Origin: Hyphomicrobiaceae bacterium
Lineage (GTDB): Bacteria > Pseudomonadota > Alphaproteobacteria > Rhizobiales > Hyphomicrobiaceae
Length of the DNA: 36,664 nucleotides
Assembly: GCA_025359005.1 (NCBI GenBank)
Contig: JANYHP010000425.1
Span: 1-36,664 of the forward strand
Direction: 5' to 3'
Below are positions 17,269 to 25,440 of the stretch, in pieces; within the stretch, counting starts at the first letter, position 1; every line of letters begins with the position of its first letter. The notes under the pieces are model-generated. The model did not search any database. It saw only the letters and a list, made by a program, of their open reading frames with translations, and was not told the DNA's origin. Both the position numbers and the translations under genes were made by a program.

Positions 17269-17742
17269 TTCACTAAAACTCCCGAAATCCCCGTGGCCGC
17301 GCATGTGGCGACCGTTTGACACGTTCGAGACCGGGCCTGCACCCCTGGCGCGTCCCTTTGCGGGATCTCGCCGTTGCCGCGCTTGCCTTCCGAAGTCGGC
17401 CGCGCGGCATGTCGCTCGAACAAGGACACCATCTCAGGAAAAGCTCTGCGATCGCTGAAGCGAACCGATCAAATTGCTCCTATCTCGCTTTTTCCAAAAG
17501 TGATGTTGGATCGAGTCCTTCGTGCGAGCGTTCCAAAAGCCTTGTTTTCCCGGCAGCCTGAGCGCTCTTTGAACGCGAGGTCTATCCAGGGTCCACCCGG
17601 GCAAAAATTGGAAACAAATGCCGAAATCAGCGGCCTTGTTTCGACTGGGGAGGATCAGCGATACTTGGTCAGCGCGAATGCGCGCGGCCAAAATTCCGGA
17701 AGAACAAAAAGGGCGGAGAGCGCCGTACCGCGGGTCGCTTCA

Positions 17743-17763
17743 AAGCGGCACAGCCGCTTGCAA
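17743..17763 (-). terminator. Possible weak terminator or hairpin downstream of alg8
   Basis: AAGCGGC-ACA-GCCGCTT stem about 60 nt after the alg8 stop, with only a short U-run on the - strand. Confidence 0.3.
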
Positions 17764-17820
17764 ACCTTACACCACGTCATCAGGTAACGGTGGAATTGAA
17801 ACGCCGGCGCCGCGCACGCG

Positions 17821-19539
17821 TCAGAAGCCGAACACCGACACGACGAACCCGATGCTTGGGATCGTCAGCATCTCGGAATAGTAGATCACGCCGAGGAACA
17901 AGCTGGCGAACGAGATCCACGTCAGCCACATCGCCATGAACGTCTGCGCCTTGGCGAGCAGTGTATCGCCGCCCTGTCCCGACGACTGGTTGCCGCGGTT
18001 GGCCCAGCGCTGCTTGGACAACCGCCACAGCATGTAGACCTTCACCTGCGCATTAAGCTTCTGGTTGACCGGCAAAATCCACACGTAGTTGAGATCGACG
18101 CGTTCCGAATAAGTGAACAACGCCAGCGACAGCAGCATGCGCGTGATCGCCAGATAGAGAATGTACTGGACGATATACATCGCCCCGTTGCGCATCGCTT
18201 CCGACACCGCCAGCATCGGGCTGAACAGCGTCGTCCACATGGCGAGACGCTGGTCGACGACGCACCACCAGATAAAGAACGGCATACGCGCCGGCCCGAG
18301 CTTGATGGCGCGCTGCCCGTTGCGCAGCATGTTGCCCGACCAGCGTCGTAGGTTTTCCTCCATACGCGTCCAGCCCGAGCCCTCGACCACCTCGATGGTC
18401 GTGCCCGACGCATCCGGCACATAGGTCATCTTCACGCCCTTCGACAGCAGCGCATACCACGTGCTCTTGTCGTCGCCCGACAGGAAGCGGAACGTGCCCC
18501 AGAGCCAGTGATTGAGGAAGTCGGCTTCCTGCAGACGAATGAAATCTTCGGTGACGATATGATCGGCGCGAAACACACTCATGCGGCCGGTCAAGGTCAG
18601 CACCCGGTCAGACAGCGCGTGGCTTTGCATGGCGATGCGCCTCTGGGCAAAGCGCATATTCAGCCACGATTGCATCCACCACGGCCCGTGCACGACCACG
18701 CCTTCGTCGGTCGTCAGCGCGTGCAACTCCGGATCGATCGCAAACAGCGGGAAGCAGCGCTTGAGACACCCCGGATGCAGCACGAAATCGCCGTCCATGA
18801 ACACGACGAGATCATTTTTGCCGACGCCAGCACGCGACATGGCCCGCAGGATGAGCGCGATGGCCACGCGCTTGCCGGGCTGGTTCTGGCGGATGATCCG
18901 CAGCGTTACATCGAGATCCTTGGCAATGATCTTGAGATGGTTGGCGATTTTCAACTCGTCCGACAGTTCACTCGAACCGAGCCACAGCGTTGCCGGCACG
19001 CCAGCTTCACGGATTTGCTGACACAGCCCGCGCAATACCGACTCCGAGATCGCGCGATGCTCGCGAAACGTCGTCATCTGGACGTGGATGTGCTTGGGCC
19101 GCCAACCTGAGTTCCAGAGTGCTTCTGCTTGCGCGCGCTTTTTCGGATACGTGATAAGTCCGAACACCTTGGCGCGCAGGAAGTGGTTCATCCACCAGCC
19201 GTAACGCCAGATGCCGAGGATGCCGAGCACATACGTGACCTGGTTGAGCTCGACCGAATAGATCGGATTAGGGATCGTCATCAACATGCCGATGCAGCCG
19301 ACGAAGAACAGCGTCAGCTTCAGCATCACCAGCGGCGACCACTTCTCCCAGAACGGCAACGGCTCCGGCGCCGAGATATCGCCGATGATGAAGGGCGCGC
19401 GGCCGTCGGCATGCATTGCGCTCGCTGGACGCACCTCATGGGCGGGCTTGGTCCGCAACCGCGAGACCGGACGCACGCCACGCGGCGCCGCCAAAGGAGT
19501 GGCAATCTGCTGCTCCCGCGGTCGGCTCGCGAGTGTCAT
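17821..19539 (-). CDS. alg8: Alg8-like processive GT2 glycosyltransferase (mannuronan synthase)
   Basis: N-terminal TMs with GIWRYGW, then GKR, DGD (DxD), LTTDE, RFAQR, RVLTLTGRMSVFRA, FRFLSGDDKSTW, RRWSGN, DQR..MWT and C-terminal TMs. These are Alg8 signature blocks. Confidence 0.9.
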   Translation of the reverse strand: MTLASRPREQQIATPLAAPRGVRPVSRLRTKPAHEVRPASAMHADGRAPFIIGDISAPEPLPFWEKWSPLVMLKLTLFFVGCIGMLMTIPNPIYSVELNQVTYVLGILGIWRYGWWMNHFLRAKVFGLITYPKKRAQAEALWNSGWRPKHIHVQMTTFREHRAISESVLRGLCQQIREAGVPATLWLGSSELSDELKIANHLKIIAKDLDVTLRIIRQNQPGKRVAIALILRAMSRAGVGKNDLVVFMDGDFVLHPGCLKRCFPLFAIDPELHALTTDEGVVVHGPWWMQSWLNMRFAQRRIAMQSHALSDRVLTLTGRMSVFRADHIVTEDFIRLQEADFLNHWLWGTFRFLSGDDKSTWYALLSKGVKMTYVPDASGTTIEVVEGSGWTRMEENLRRWSGNMLRNGQRAIKLGPARMPFFIWWCVVDQRLAMWTTLFSPMLAVSEAMRNGAMYIVQYILYLAITRMLLSLALFTYSERVDLNYVWILPVNQKLNAQVKVYMLWRLSKQRWANRGNQSSGQGGDTLLAKAQTFMAMWLTWISFASLFLGVIYYSEMLTIPSIGFVVSVFGF

Positions 19540-21152
19540 AGCACCGTGCTCATCCGCTGCCGAATGATGTTGTAGAGCCCGAAGTTCGACCGCTGCGGGA
19601 ACACAACGACCACGGGCAACCCCGACCGATAGCGCTCGGTATTGCCCACGCGTCGCAGATCCTGGAAGCCGATCACCACCTGCGCCGAGCGATCGACACT
19701 GCCGCGCCAGCGGTAGCCGGGGATCTGCGCGGTGTTCTGCTCTTGTACGAAGCCGGACGTGCGATCGATCTGCAGCACCTTGCCCTTCAGTGTTTCCGCG
19801 AGCGCCGGCACATACAGCAACACCTCGTCGCCGAGCCCCGTGCGCGCCACTTCGTCCTGATTAAGGAACGCCGTCACCTGCCGCTGTTCGCGTTGTTCAA
19901 ATACCGCGATGACGTCGCCCCGTCGCACCGTTCCCTGGTCGACGCGCTTGATTTCGAGAATGGTGCCATCGAACGGCGCGCGCACGGCGAGCCGCTTCTT
20001 GTGGTTGAGCAACGCCTCGTATTTGGATTGCGTCAGCGCGATCTCGTTTTCGGCCAGCTTGACCTGTGCCTCGAGCTGGCTGAGGTCGCCCACCATCGTC
20101 TGGCCGGTATAGAACCATTTGCCATCGCCGTGGGCGGCGATGTCGACGCGCGACTTGAGTTCGATCTGCTTGCTTTCCACCGTCTTGCGCAGGCCGACCG
20201 CCAGCTTCTCGGCGTTCTCCAGCAATGTATCGGTGGTGAAGCCTTTGCGATGCAGGATGGCGAGCCGCGCGTACTGCTGCTCGGCGGCCTGCAACTGCGC
20301 CTCGACGCTTTCCAGATCGATCTTGGCCTGGTCGAGGTTCTTGCCCTCGACCGTGGTCAGGCTTTTCATGCGCTCGAGTTCGTCGGTCAGCCGCTTGCGA
20401 TAGAATACCTGCTGCGCCCGACGTTCGTTGACGGCGATTTCAGCCAACTCGATATCGCGTTCGAGCTGATTGTCGGACACGTTGACGACGATCTCGCCGT
20501 TCTTGACCGCGTCACCCGGCTTGAACTTTTCCCACGCCACGCGGCCGTCGACCTGTGACGTGACTGTCTCGATCGGCGCGGTAATGACCGCCGTCTGCAC
20601 TTCCATGCGGTAGAAATTCGAATATGCCAGCAACCCCGTGTAGCTGAAGATGGTCAGACCCAGCACGGCGTAAAAGCCGGTCATCGCCACGGCCTTGACC
20701 GGCCAGCGCTTGACCGGCAGTTGGGCCAGTCCAGCCTTCTTCTTCGGCTCGAGCGATGCCGGTGTCACCGGCACGTCGATGCGCTGGATGGTATCGGCCA
20801 CCTCCGACATGGAGCCGCGCACCAACTCCTCGAGAAAGTGCGTCATCAATTCGGTTTCGCGCTCGCCGAGCTCGACGAAACGGCCCGCGAACATGCCCGT
20901 GTCCAGATTGTTCCGGACAACTTCGGCAACCGCCTCGAACGTGACGTCGAAGCCCTGGAACGGCAGCGTGCAGGTAAGTGGAATCTCGTCGCCAGGGGAG
21001 GGAATGTCGCCCGGAAAGTCCTCGACGCGGAAGCCGCCAAGGCTCCAATCGGCGCAGCGGACCTTGCTGCCGTCGAGCGCCACGAAAAACGGCGCACTGA
21101 CACGGTGATGCCGCCGCTGGTCTGGCCGCTCCCGTCTGACAGTGACACCCAT
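19536..21152 (-). CDS. alg44: Alg44-like c-di-GMP-binding co-polymerase (PilZ + TM + membrane-fusion protein domain)
   Basis: PilZ motifs RRHHR (RxxxR) and DWSLGG (DxSxxG), one TM segment, lipoyl-like halves (SQVDGRV / VRAPFDGTI) around a long coiled coil. Its stop overlaps the alg8 start (ATGA). Confidence 0.85.
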   Translation of the reverse strand: MGVTVRRERPDQRRHHRVSAPFFVALDGSKVRCADWSLGGFRVEDFPGDIPSPGDEIPLTCTLPFQGFDVTFEAVAEVVRNNLDTGMFAGRFVELGERETELMTHFLEELVRGSMSEVADTIQRIDVPVTPASLEPKKKAGLAQLPVKRWPVKAVAMTGFYAVLGLTIFSYTGLLAYSNFYRMEVQTAVITAPIETVTSQVDGRVAWEKFKPGDAVKNGEIVVNVSDNQLERDIELAEIAVNERRAQQVFYRKRLTDELERMKSLTTVEGKNLDQAKIDLESVEAQLQAAEQQYARLAILHRKGFTTDTLLENAEKLAVGLRKTVESKQIELKSRVDIAAHGDGKWFYTGQTMVGDLSQLEAQVKLAENEIALTQSKYEALLNHKKRLAVRAPFDGTILEIKRVDQGTVRRGDVIAVFEQREQRQVTAFLNQDEVARTGLGDEVLLYVPALAETLKGKVLQIDRTSGFVQEQNTAQIPGYRWRGSVDRSAQVVIGFQDLRRVGNTERYRSGLPVVVVFPQRSNFGLYNIIRQRMSTVL

Positions 21153-21292
21153 ACTCGCAACTCACTCGTGACGCATACGCACTTCCCCCGCACACAATGC
21201 GGCGCAGGGGCAATGCTTGGTATGTCACGTTGAGGTTAACAACCGCTGGACGCGGCGACTGCGATCGCCGGCACAACAACCGGCAAGTGCAA

Positions 21293-22696
21293 CTAAAGCG
21301 GGAATATCTTGCCCGGATTGAGAATGTCGTCGGGATCGAGCGCGGCCTTGATCGACCGCATGACAGCAATGGCCGGGCCGTGCTCTGCGGCCATATACCC
21401 AGCCTTGCCCTGCCCGATGCCGTGTTCGCCGGTACACGTCCCCTCCATGCGGATGGCACGCTCGGTAAGCCGCTTGACGAACGTCTTGACCGCGGCCACC
21501 TCCACCCCGTTGGCCGGATCGAAGGCAGGCGAGGTGTGGAAATTGCCGTCACCGACGTGGCCGACGATGGGGGCGACAATGCCCAGCTCCTTGATATCCT
21601 GCTCGGTTTCGAGCACGCATTCAGCCAGTCTTGAGATCGGCACACACACGTCGGTTGCAAAGACAACGCGGCCTGGCCAGGTGGATTTGACTGCCCAGTA
21701 AGCGTCGTGGCGCGCCTTCCACAGCCGGTTTCGGTCTTCCTCCCGCTCGGCCCAGTCAAAGCGGATGGCGCCTTCCGCTTCGGCGAGATCCTTAAACACC
21801 GCCACCTGGTCGCGCGCTGAGATGTCCGTCCCGTGGAATTCGAGGAACAGCGTCGGCGCCTCGTCGAGCCCGAGCTTGGAATGACCGTTCACGGCCTTGA
21901 TCTGGACCGCATCGAGCAACTCCATGCGAGCGATGCCGAGGCCGAGTTGTATCGATTGGATGACCGCGTTGCAGGCGCCTTCGATCGTCTTGAAGGGGCA
22001 GACTGCCGCCATGATGCGCTCGGGGATGCCATAAACACGAACGGTGAGTTCCGTGAACACGCCGAGCGTGCCTTCCGAGCCCACCAGCAACCGCGTCAGG
22101 TCATAGCCGGCCGATGACTTTCGAGCCCGCTGCCCGGTCTTGATCGTCGAACCGTCAGCCAACACCGCTGTCACGTTCAACACGTTCTCGCGCATCGTGC
22201 CGTAGCGCACCGCGTTGGTGCCGGACGCCCGGGTCGCCGCCATGCCGCCGATGGTGGCCCACTCGGCGCCCGGATCGACGGGGAAGAACAAGCCGCGATC
22301 GCGCAGATAGTCGTTCAATTGCTTGCGCGAGACGCCCGGCTCCACCACGCAGTCGAGATCGCGTTCGTTGACGGCGACGATCTTGTTCATCCGCGAGAAA
22401 TCGAGGCTGAGCCCGCCCTCCGCCGCATTGACGTGCCCTTCCAGGGACGTGCCCGCGCCGAACGGGATCACCGGCACCCGGTACTGTCGAGCAACCCGCA
22501 CGATATCGACCACCTCCGACGCCAGCTCGACGAAGATGACCGCATCCGGCGGCTGGTTGGGGATCCAGGTCAAGGTATGGCCGTGCTGCTGGCGTATAGC
22601 CTCCCCGGTCTGCAGCCGGTCGCCAAAGCGCTGGCGCAGCACCCCGATAGCTGTAGCCGTGTCTCGCGCCCGTCGTGCGCCGCTGTTGTCGTTCAT
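21293..22696 (-). CDS. FAD-linked oxidase, D-lactate dehydrogenase (cytochrome)/GlcD family
   Basis: PFGAGTSLEGH, FPVDPGA, TRASGTNAVRYGTM, KSSAGYDLTRL.VGSEGTLG, GHVGDGNFH, GEHGIGQGK and LNPGK. Confidence 0.92.
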   Translation of the reverse strand: MNDNSGARRARDTATAIGVLRQRFGDRLQTGEAIRQQHGHTLTWIPNQPPDAVIFVELASEVVDIVRVARQYRVPVIPFGAGTSLEGHVNAAEGGLSLDFSRMNKIVAVNERDLDCVVEPGVSRKQLNDYLRDRGLFFPVDPGAEWATIGGMAATRASGTNAVRYGTMRENVLNVTAVLADGSTIKTGQRARKSSAGYDLTRLLVGSEGTLGVFTELTVRVYGIPERIMAAVCPFKTIEGACNAVIQSIQLGLGIARMELLDAVQIKAVNGHSKLGLDEAPTLFLEFHGTDISARDQVAVFKDLAEAEGAIRFDWAEREEDRNRLWKARHDAYWAVKSTWPGRVVFATDVCVPISRLAECVLETEQDIKELGIVAPIVGHVGDGNFHTSPAFDPANGVEVAAVKTFVKRLTERAIRMEGTCTGEHGIGQGKAGYMAAEHGPAIAVMRSIKAALDPDDILNPGKIFPL

Positions 22697-22845
22697 CCCA
22701 GTCCCCTCGTCCAGCCGTCGCCCAGTGATCGTTCCCCGATGTTAGGCCCAACACCCATCCATCACAATCATCCAAGGCAACCATTGCCAAAGGCCAAACC
22801 TGCGCAGCCGCCACGAGACCTCTGACAAAAAACAGAATTCTCCCC

Positions 22846-22870
22846 TTGACGGAGGCATTGATGCCACATC
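22846..22870 (+). promoter_or_regulatory. Candidate housekeeping sigma promoter for the 22983 gene
   Basis: TTGACG-N11-GCCACATC resembles the Caulobacter-type TTGACG...GCTANAWC consensus and sits in an AT-richer divergent intergenic region. Confidence 0.3.
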
Positions 22871-22982
22871 GACGGAAATCCTTTCCGATCCCGTCCGAAA
22901 CTCGTCGCCTTTTGGCTATCGGTCGTCTAAGTTCCGCTCGTTTTCCATTCCCGGGGACAAACCATCTGTGAAGGAGTATCAC

Positions 22983-24263
22983 ATGATACGGAGGTTGTTT
23001 GTGGCGACCGCTGCCTTGCTGGCAGTCGGAGCTGCGACTGCTCAGGCTCAAGAGAATTGGGTCCTCTTGGGCTCCAAGAACGTTCTCCTGAGCGGCTCGA
23101 GCGATACGATTGATTTGAGCCAGGCCCGCGGCAAGTACAGCGCCCTGCGCGTGGTTGCTAAGCGCCGCGGCATCGAACTGAACAATATCGAAGTCGTTTA
23201 TAACGAAGGCAACGGTCACAACGAAAAGCGGGCCATCAACCTGCTGGACGGTGAGCGCACCCGCCCGATCAATCCCAGCAACGAGGGCCGCTTCGTCGAT
23301 GCCATCGGCTTCTGCTTCAAACCGCAGGGCTTGAGCGCCGTTGTTCCTGCCGTGATCGAAGTCTACGGCCGTCAGACCGAAGGCGACGCCCGCGCCACGC
23401 GGACAGCCGGACGCGGTATCAACAAGAGCGTTGCAGCCTGCCCCGGCGGCGCCGCAGCACCTGCTGCCGCTGGTACGGCCGCGCCTGTAACAGGCCCGAT
23501 CGCAGCCACCCCAACTTCGTCGGCCGCAACCACCGCCAAGCCCGGCACGCCGAGCGAAACTGGTGAAGTGCTGTTCAGCACGCAGGCCGTCGGCTTCGCC
23601 GTCGACCGCGATGTCATCCGCGTCGGCGCCGAGATCGGCAAGTTCGACAAGGTGCGCCTCCGCGTCCTCGACAACGACATCTTCATCAAGAGCATGAAGG
23701 TTGTGTATTCCAACGGCGAGTCGCAGGAAATTGCCTACAACGCCGACGTCAAGCGTGACAGCCGGACCCGGTGGCTCGACCTAAAGGGCGACCGCTTCAT
23801 CAAGGAAATCCAGCTGATCTATAATGCCAAGCCGAACGTACGCGGCCAGGCCTTCGTCGAGGTCTACGGCCAGTATGCCGAAGGCTGGCTCGGCCAGGCC
23901 GGGGAAGGCCGCAAGTACAACGCCGGCTTCGTGCTGCTCGGCGCCCAGACCGCTGGCTTCACCATCGACCGCAACGACGTGGTCAAGGTTGGCCGCAATG
24001 AAGGCGGCTTCAAGCGTCTTGAAGTGCGCGTGTTCGATCAGGCGATCACCCTGTTCGAAGTGCGCGTGCTCTACGGCAACGGTGAAGTCGACATCATCCC
24101 CGCCAACCGCACCAAGGTAGAAGCAGGCGGCCGTTTCGCCGTCGACCTGAAGGGCGGCACGCGCATCGTCCAGGAAATCCGTCCGACCTACCGGACGCGC
24201 ATCTTCCAGCAGGGCAGCGTCGCCAAGGGCCGCGCCGTCGTGCAGTTCTGGGGCCAGCACTAA
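22983..24263 (+). CDS. Secreted protein with three tandem DUF2541/YaaI-like domains
   Basis: AAGGAG RBS and a signal peptide ending AQA. Three roughly 100-aa repeats follow the pattern (W/F)VLLG...D.I...G.(Y/F)..L.V......I....V.Y.NG...R...I......(VEV)(Y/W)G. An Ala/Pro/Thr linker follows repeat 1. Confidence 0.8.
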   Translation: MIRRLFVATAALLAVGAATAQAQENWVLLGSKNVLLSGSSDTIDLSQARGKYSALRVVAKRRGIELNNIEVVYNEGNGHNEKRAINLLDGERTRPINPSNEGRFVDAIGFCFKPQGLSAVVPAVIEVYGRQTEGDARATRTAGRGINKSVAACPGGAAAPAAAGTAAPVTGPIAATPTSSAATTAKPGTPSETGEVLFSTQAVGFAVDRDVIRVGAEIGKFDKVRLRVLDNDIFIKSMKVVYSNGESQEIAYNADVKRDSRTRWLDLKGDRFIKEIQLIYNAKPNVRGQAFVEVYGQYAEGWLGQAGEGRKYNAGFVLLGAQTAGFTIDRNDVVKVGRNEGGFKRLEVRVFDQAITLFEVRVLYGNGEVDIIPANRTKVEAGGRFAVDLKGGTRIVQEIRPTYRTRIFQQGSVAKGRAVVQFWGQH

Positions 24264-24290
24264 GCGCTGAACGCCTCGCATTGAAAATCG

Positions 24291-24317
24291 AACGGGCGCC
24301 GCAAGGCGCCCGTTTTT
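24291..24317 (+). terminator. Rho-independent terminator
   Basis: AACGGGCGCC-GCAA-GGCGCCCGTT stem with a GNRA loop, ending in a T5 run. Confidence 0.88.
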
Positions 24318-24400
24318 GCTGCCAAACCAAGTCGACGAAAGTGGTCCGTTGCCGAAAGACGTTATCGCATGCGGTACGTCACAAACGGGCGATCAACCAC

Positions 24401-24664
24401 TTAACCAACCGAAACGATCGTCATCGTGCCCGTCGTGCCGATCGACGATGTGTACGGCCCCGTGAAACCAGCCGTGGGCGGTTCTGGAACGTTGCCCTGC
24501 ATGGTCAGCGTGACGCTCTGGTCCCCTGAGATTTTGAGGACATTGCCCTCGCGCGTGTAGGTTCCCTTGCGACCGTCGTCGCTGACAACCGTGCCGGTTG
24601 CTCGATCGAATGTCGCGGTGGTGACTTTGCCGTCGCTGGTCGTGAACTTGACGACGAGTTTCAT
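24401..24664 (-). CDS. Small hypothetical all-beta protein (87 aa)
   Basis: Strong AGGAGG RBS and host-like codon usage. Thr/Gly/Val-rich with alternating patterns. Confidence 0.75.
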   Translation of the reverse strand: MKLVVKFTTSDGKVTTATFDRATGTVVSDDGRKGTYTREGNVLKISGDQSVTLTMQGNVPEPPTAGFTGPYTSSIGTTGTMTIVSVG

Positions 24665-24813
24665 AAGTTGCCCTCCTGGACGCTACACCCGGCTCACCGT
24701 GAGTCACTCCTCGTGGCCGGTTGGTTAACATTGCACCGCGCGCAATAATCGGCAACAGCGATCAGGTGGCGGTACGGACGTCACGACCCCCGACGTCGCG
24801 ACTAACGGAACGC

Positions 24814-25317
24814 TCAAAATTCAATCGCCCGCTTGACCTCGAAAATCTCCATCACCTTGGCGCCTTTGTGGGGACCATCGCAGACGAACTCCCACTTGCC
24901 CTGGCTGTAGGTGTCGCAGAGCTTGACGCCCTTCACCAGCACCCAATGGCCTTCCTTCCCTTTGTGGATGGCGAGAATGTAGTGCGACCAGGCATTGCGC
25001 GGCCGCTGCATCCACGTCCACAGCGACGGACGCTCCTTGCGCGCAACCTGCATGTAGTCGGCAATCTGCCGCATATTGAAACCGTAGTGCCGCAGCGCCG
25101 CCGCCACGTCGTCGGCAGTGGTGCCCTTGATCTCCGGCTGTGCACCGTCCGGCAGCGCCCGGAACGCCCGGATCTCGTTCTCGATCTTCGAAATCGGATA
25201 ACCGGTGATCGCCGAAACGACATAGGGGCCGCAAAAGGCGGTCCGCCCCGTATCGTTGAAGGCATCGTTGCGCCCGGAGGCAATGGGCGGAATAGTGATG
25301 GGCAGCGGAGCGGACAT
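24814..25317 (-). CDS. Hypothetical protein with papain/C39-peptidase-like Cys-His-Asp motifs
   Basis: AFCGPYVVSAI, GTTADDVAAALRHYG and GHWVLVKGVKLCD. Start at 25317 (25335 is also possible). The upstream part of the track ORF overlaps the transglycosylase antisense. Confidence 0.7.
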   Translation of the reverse strand: MSAPLPITIPPIASGRNDAFNDTGRTAFCGPYVVSAITGYPISKIENEIRAFRALPDGAQPEIKGTTADDVAAALRHYGFNMRQIADYMQVARKERPSLWTWMQRPRNAWSHYILAIHKGKEGHWVLVKGVKLCDTYSQGKWEFVCDGPHKGAKVMEIFEVKRAIEF

Positions 25318-25440
25318 CAGACAGCGCCGGGTCATAGGGGGGCAGGGACTGAAGTCTTCCACGGTGTGGTAAACAATGTCTTGATAGGTTGCAGTGGCGC
25401 CCACGATGCACGGCGCCGGTAGACGCGGGGAATTGACAGA

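Noticed and set aside
15826..17319. 497-aa plus-strand ORF
   Set aside because: Antisense shadow of algD with no motifs. Such shadows are expected in high-GC coding DNA.
17340..17380. A bona fide c-di-GMP-I riboswitch call
   Set aside because: GGGACGC is not followed by AAAGCC and no tetraloop-receptor arm is visible. It is kept only as an unclassified structured-leader candidate.
21293..22696. FAD-linked oxidase as part of the alg operon
   Set aside because: It is co-oriented, but it is a widespread D-lactate dehydrogenase-type gene separated by a 140-bp gap and has no known role in uronic-acid polymer synthesis.
22858..22872. FNR/FixK box TTGAT-GCCAC-ATCGA
   Set aside because: The spacer is 5 nt rather than 4 and the right half has a mismatch.
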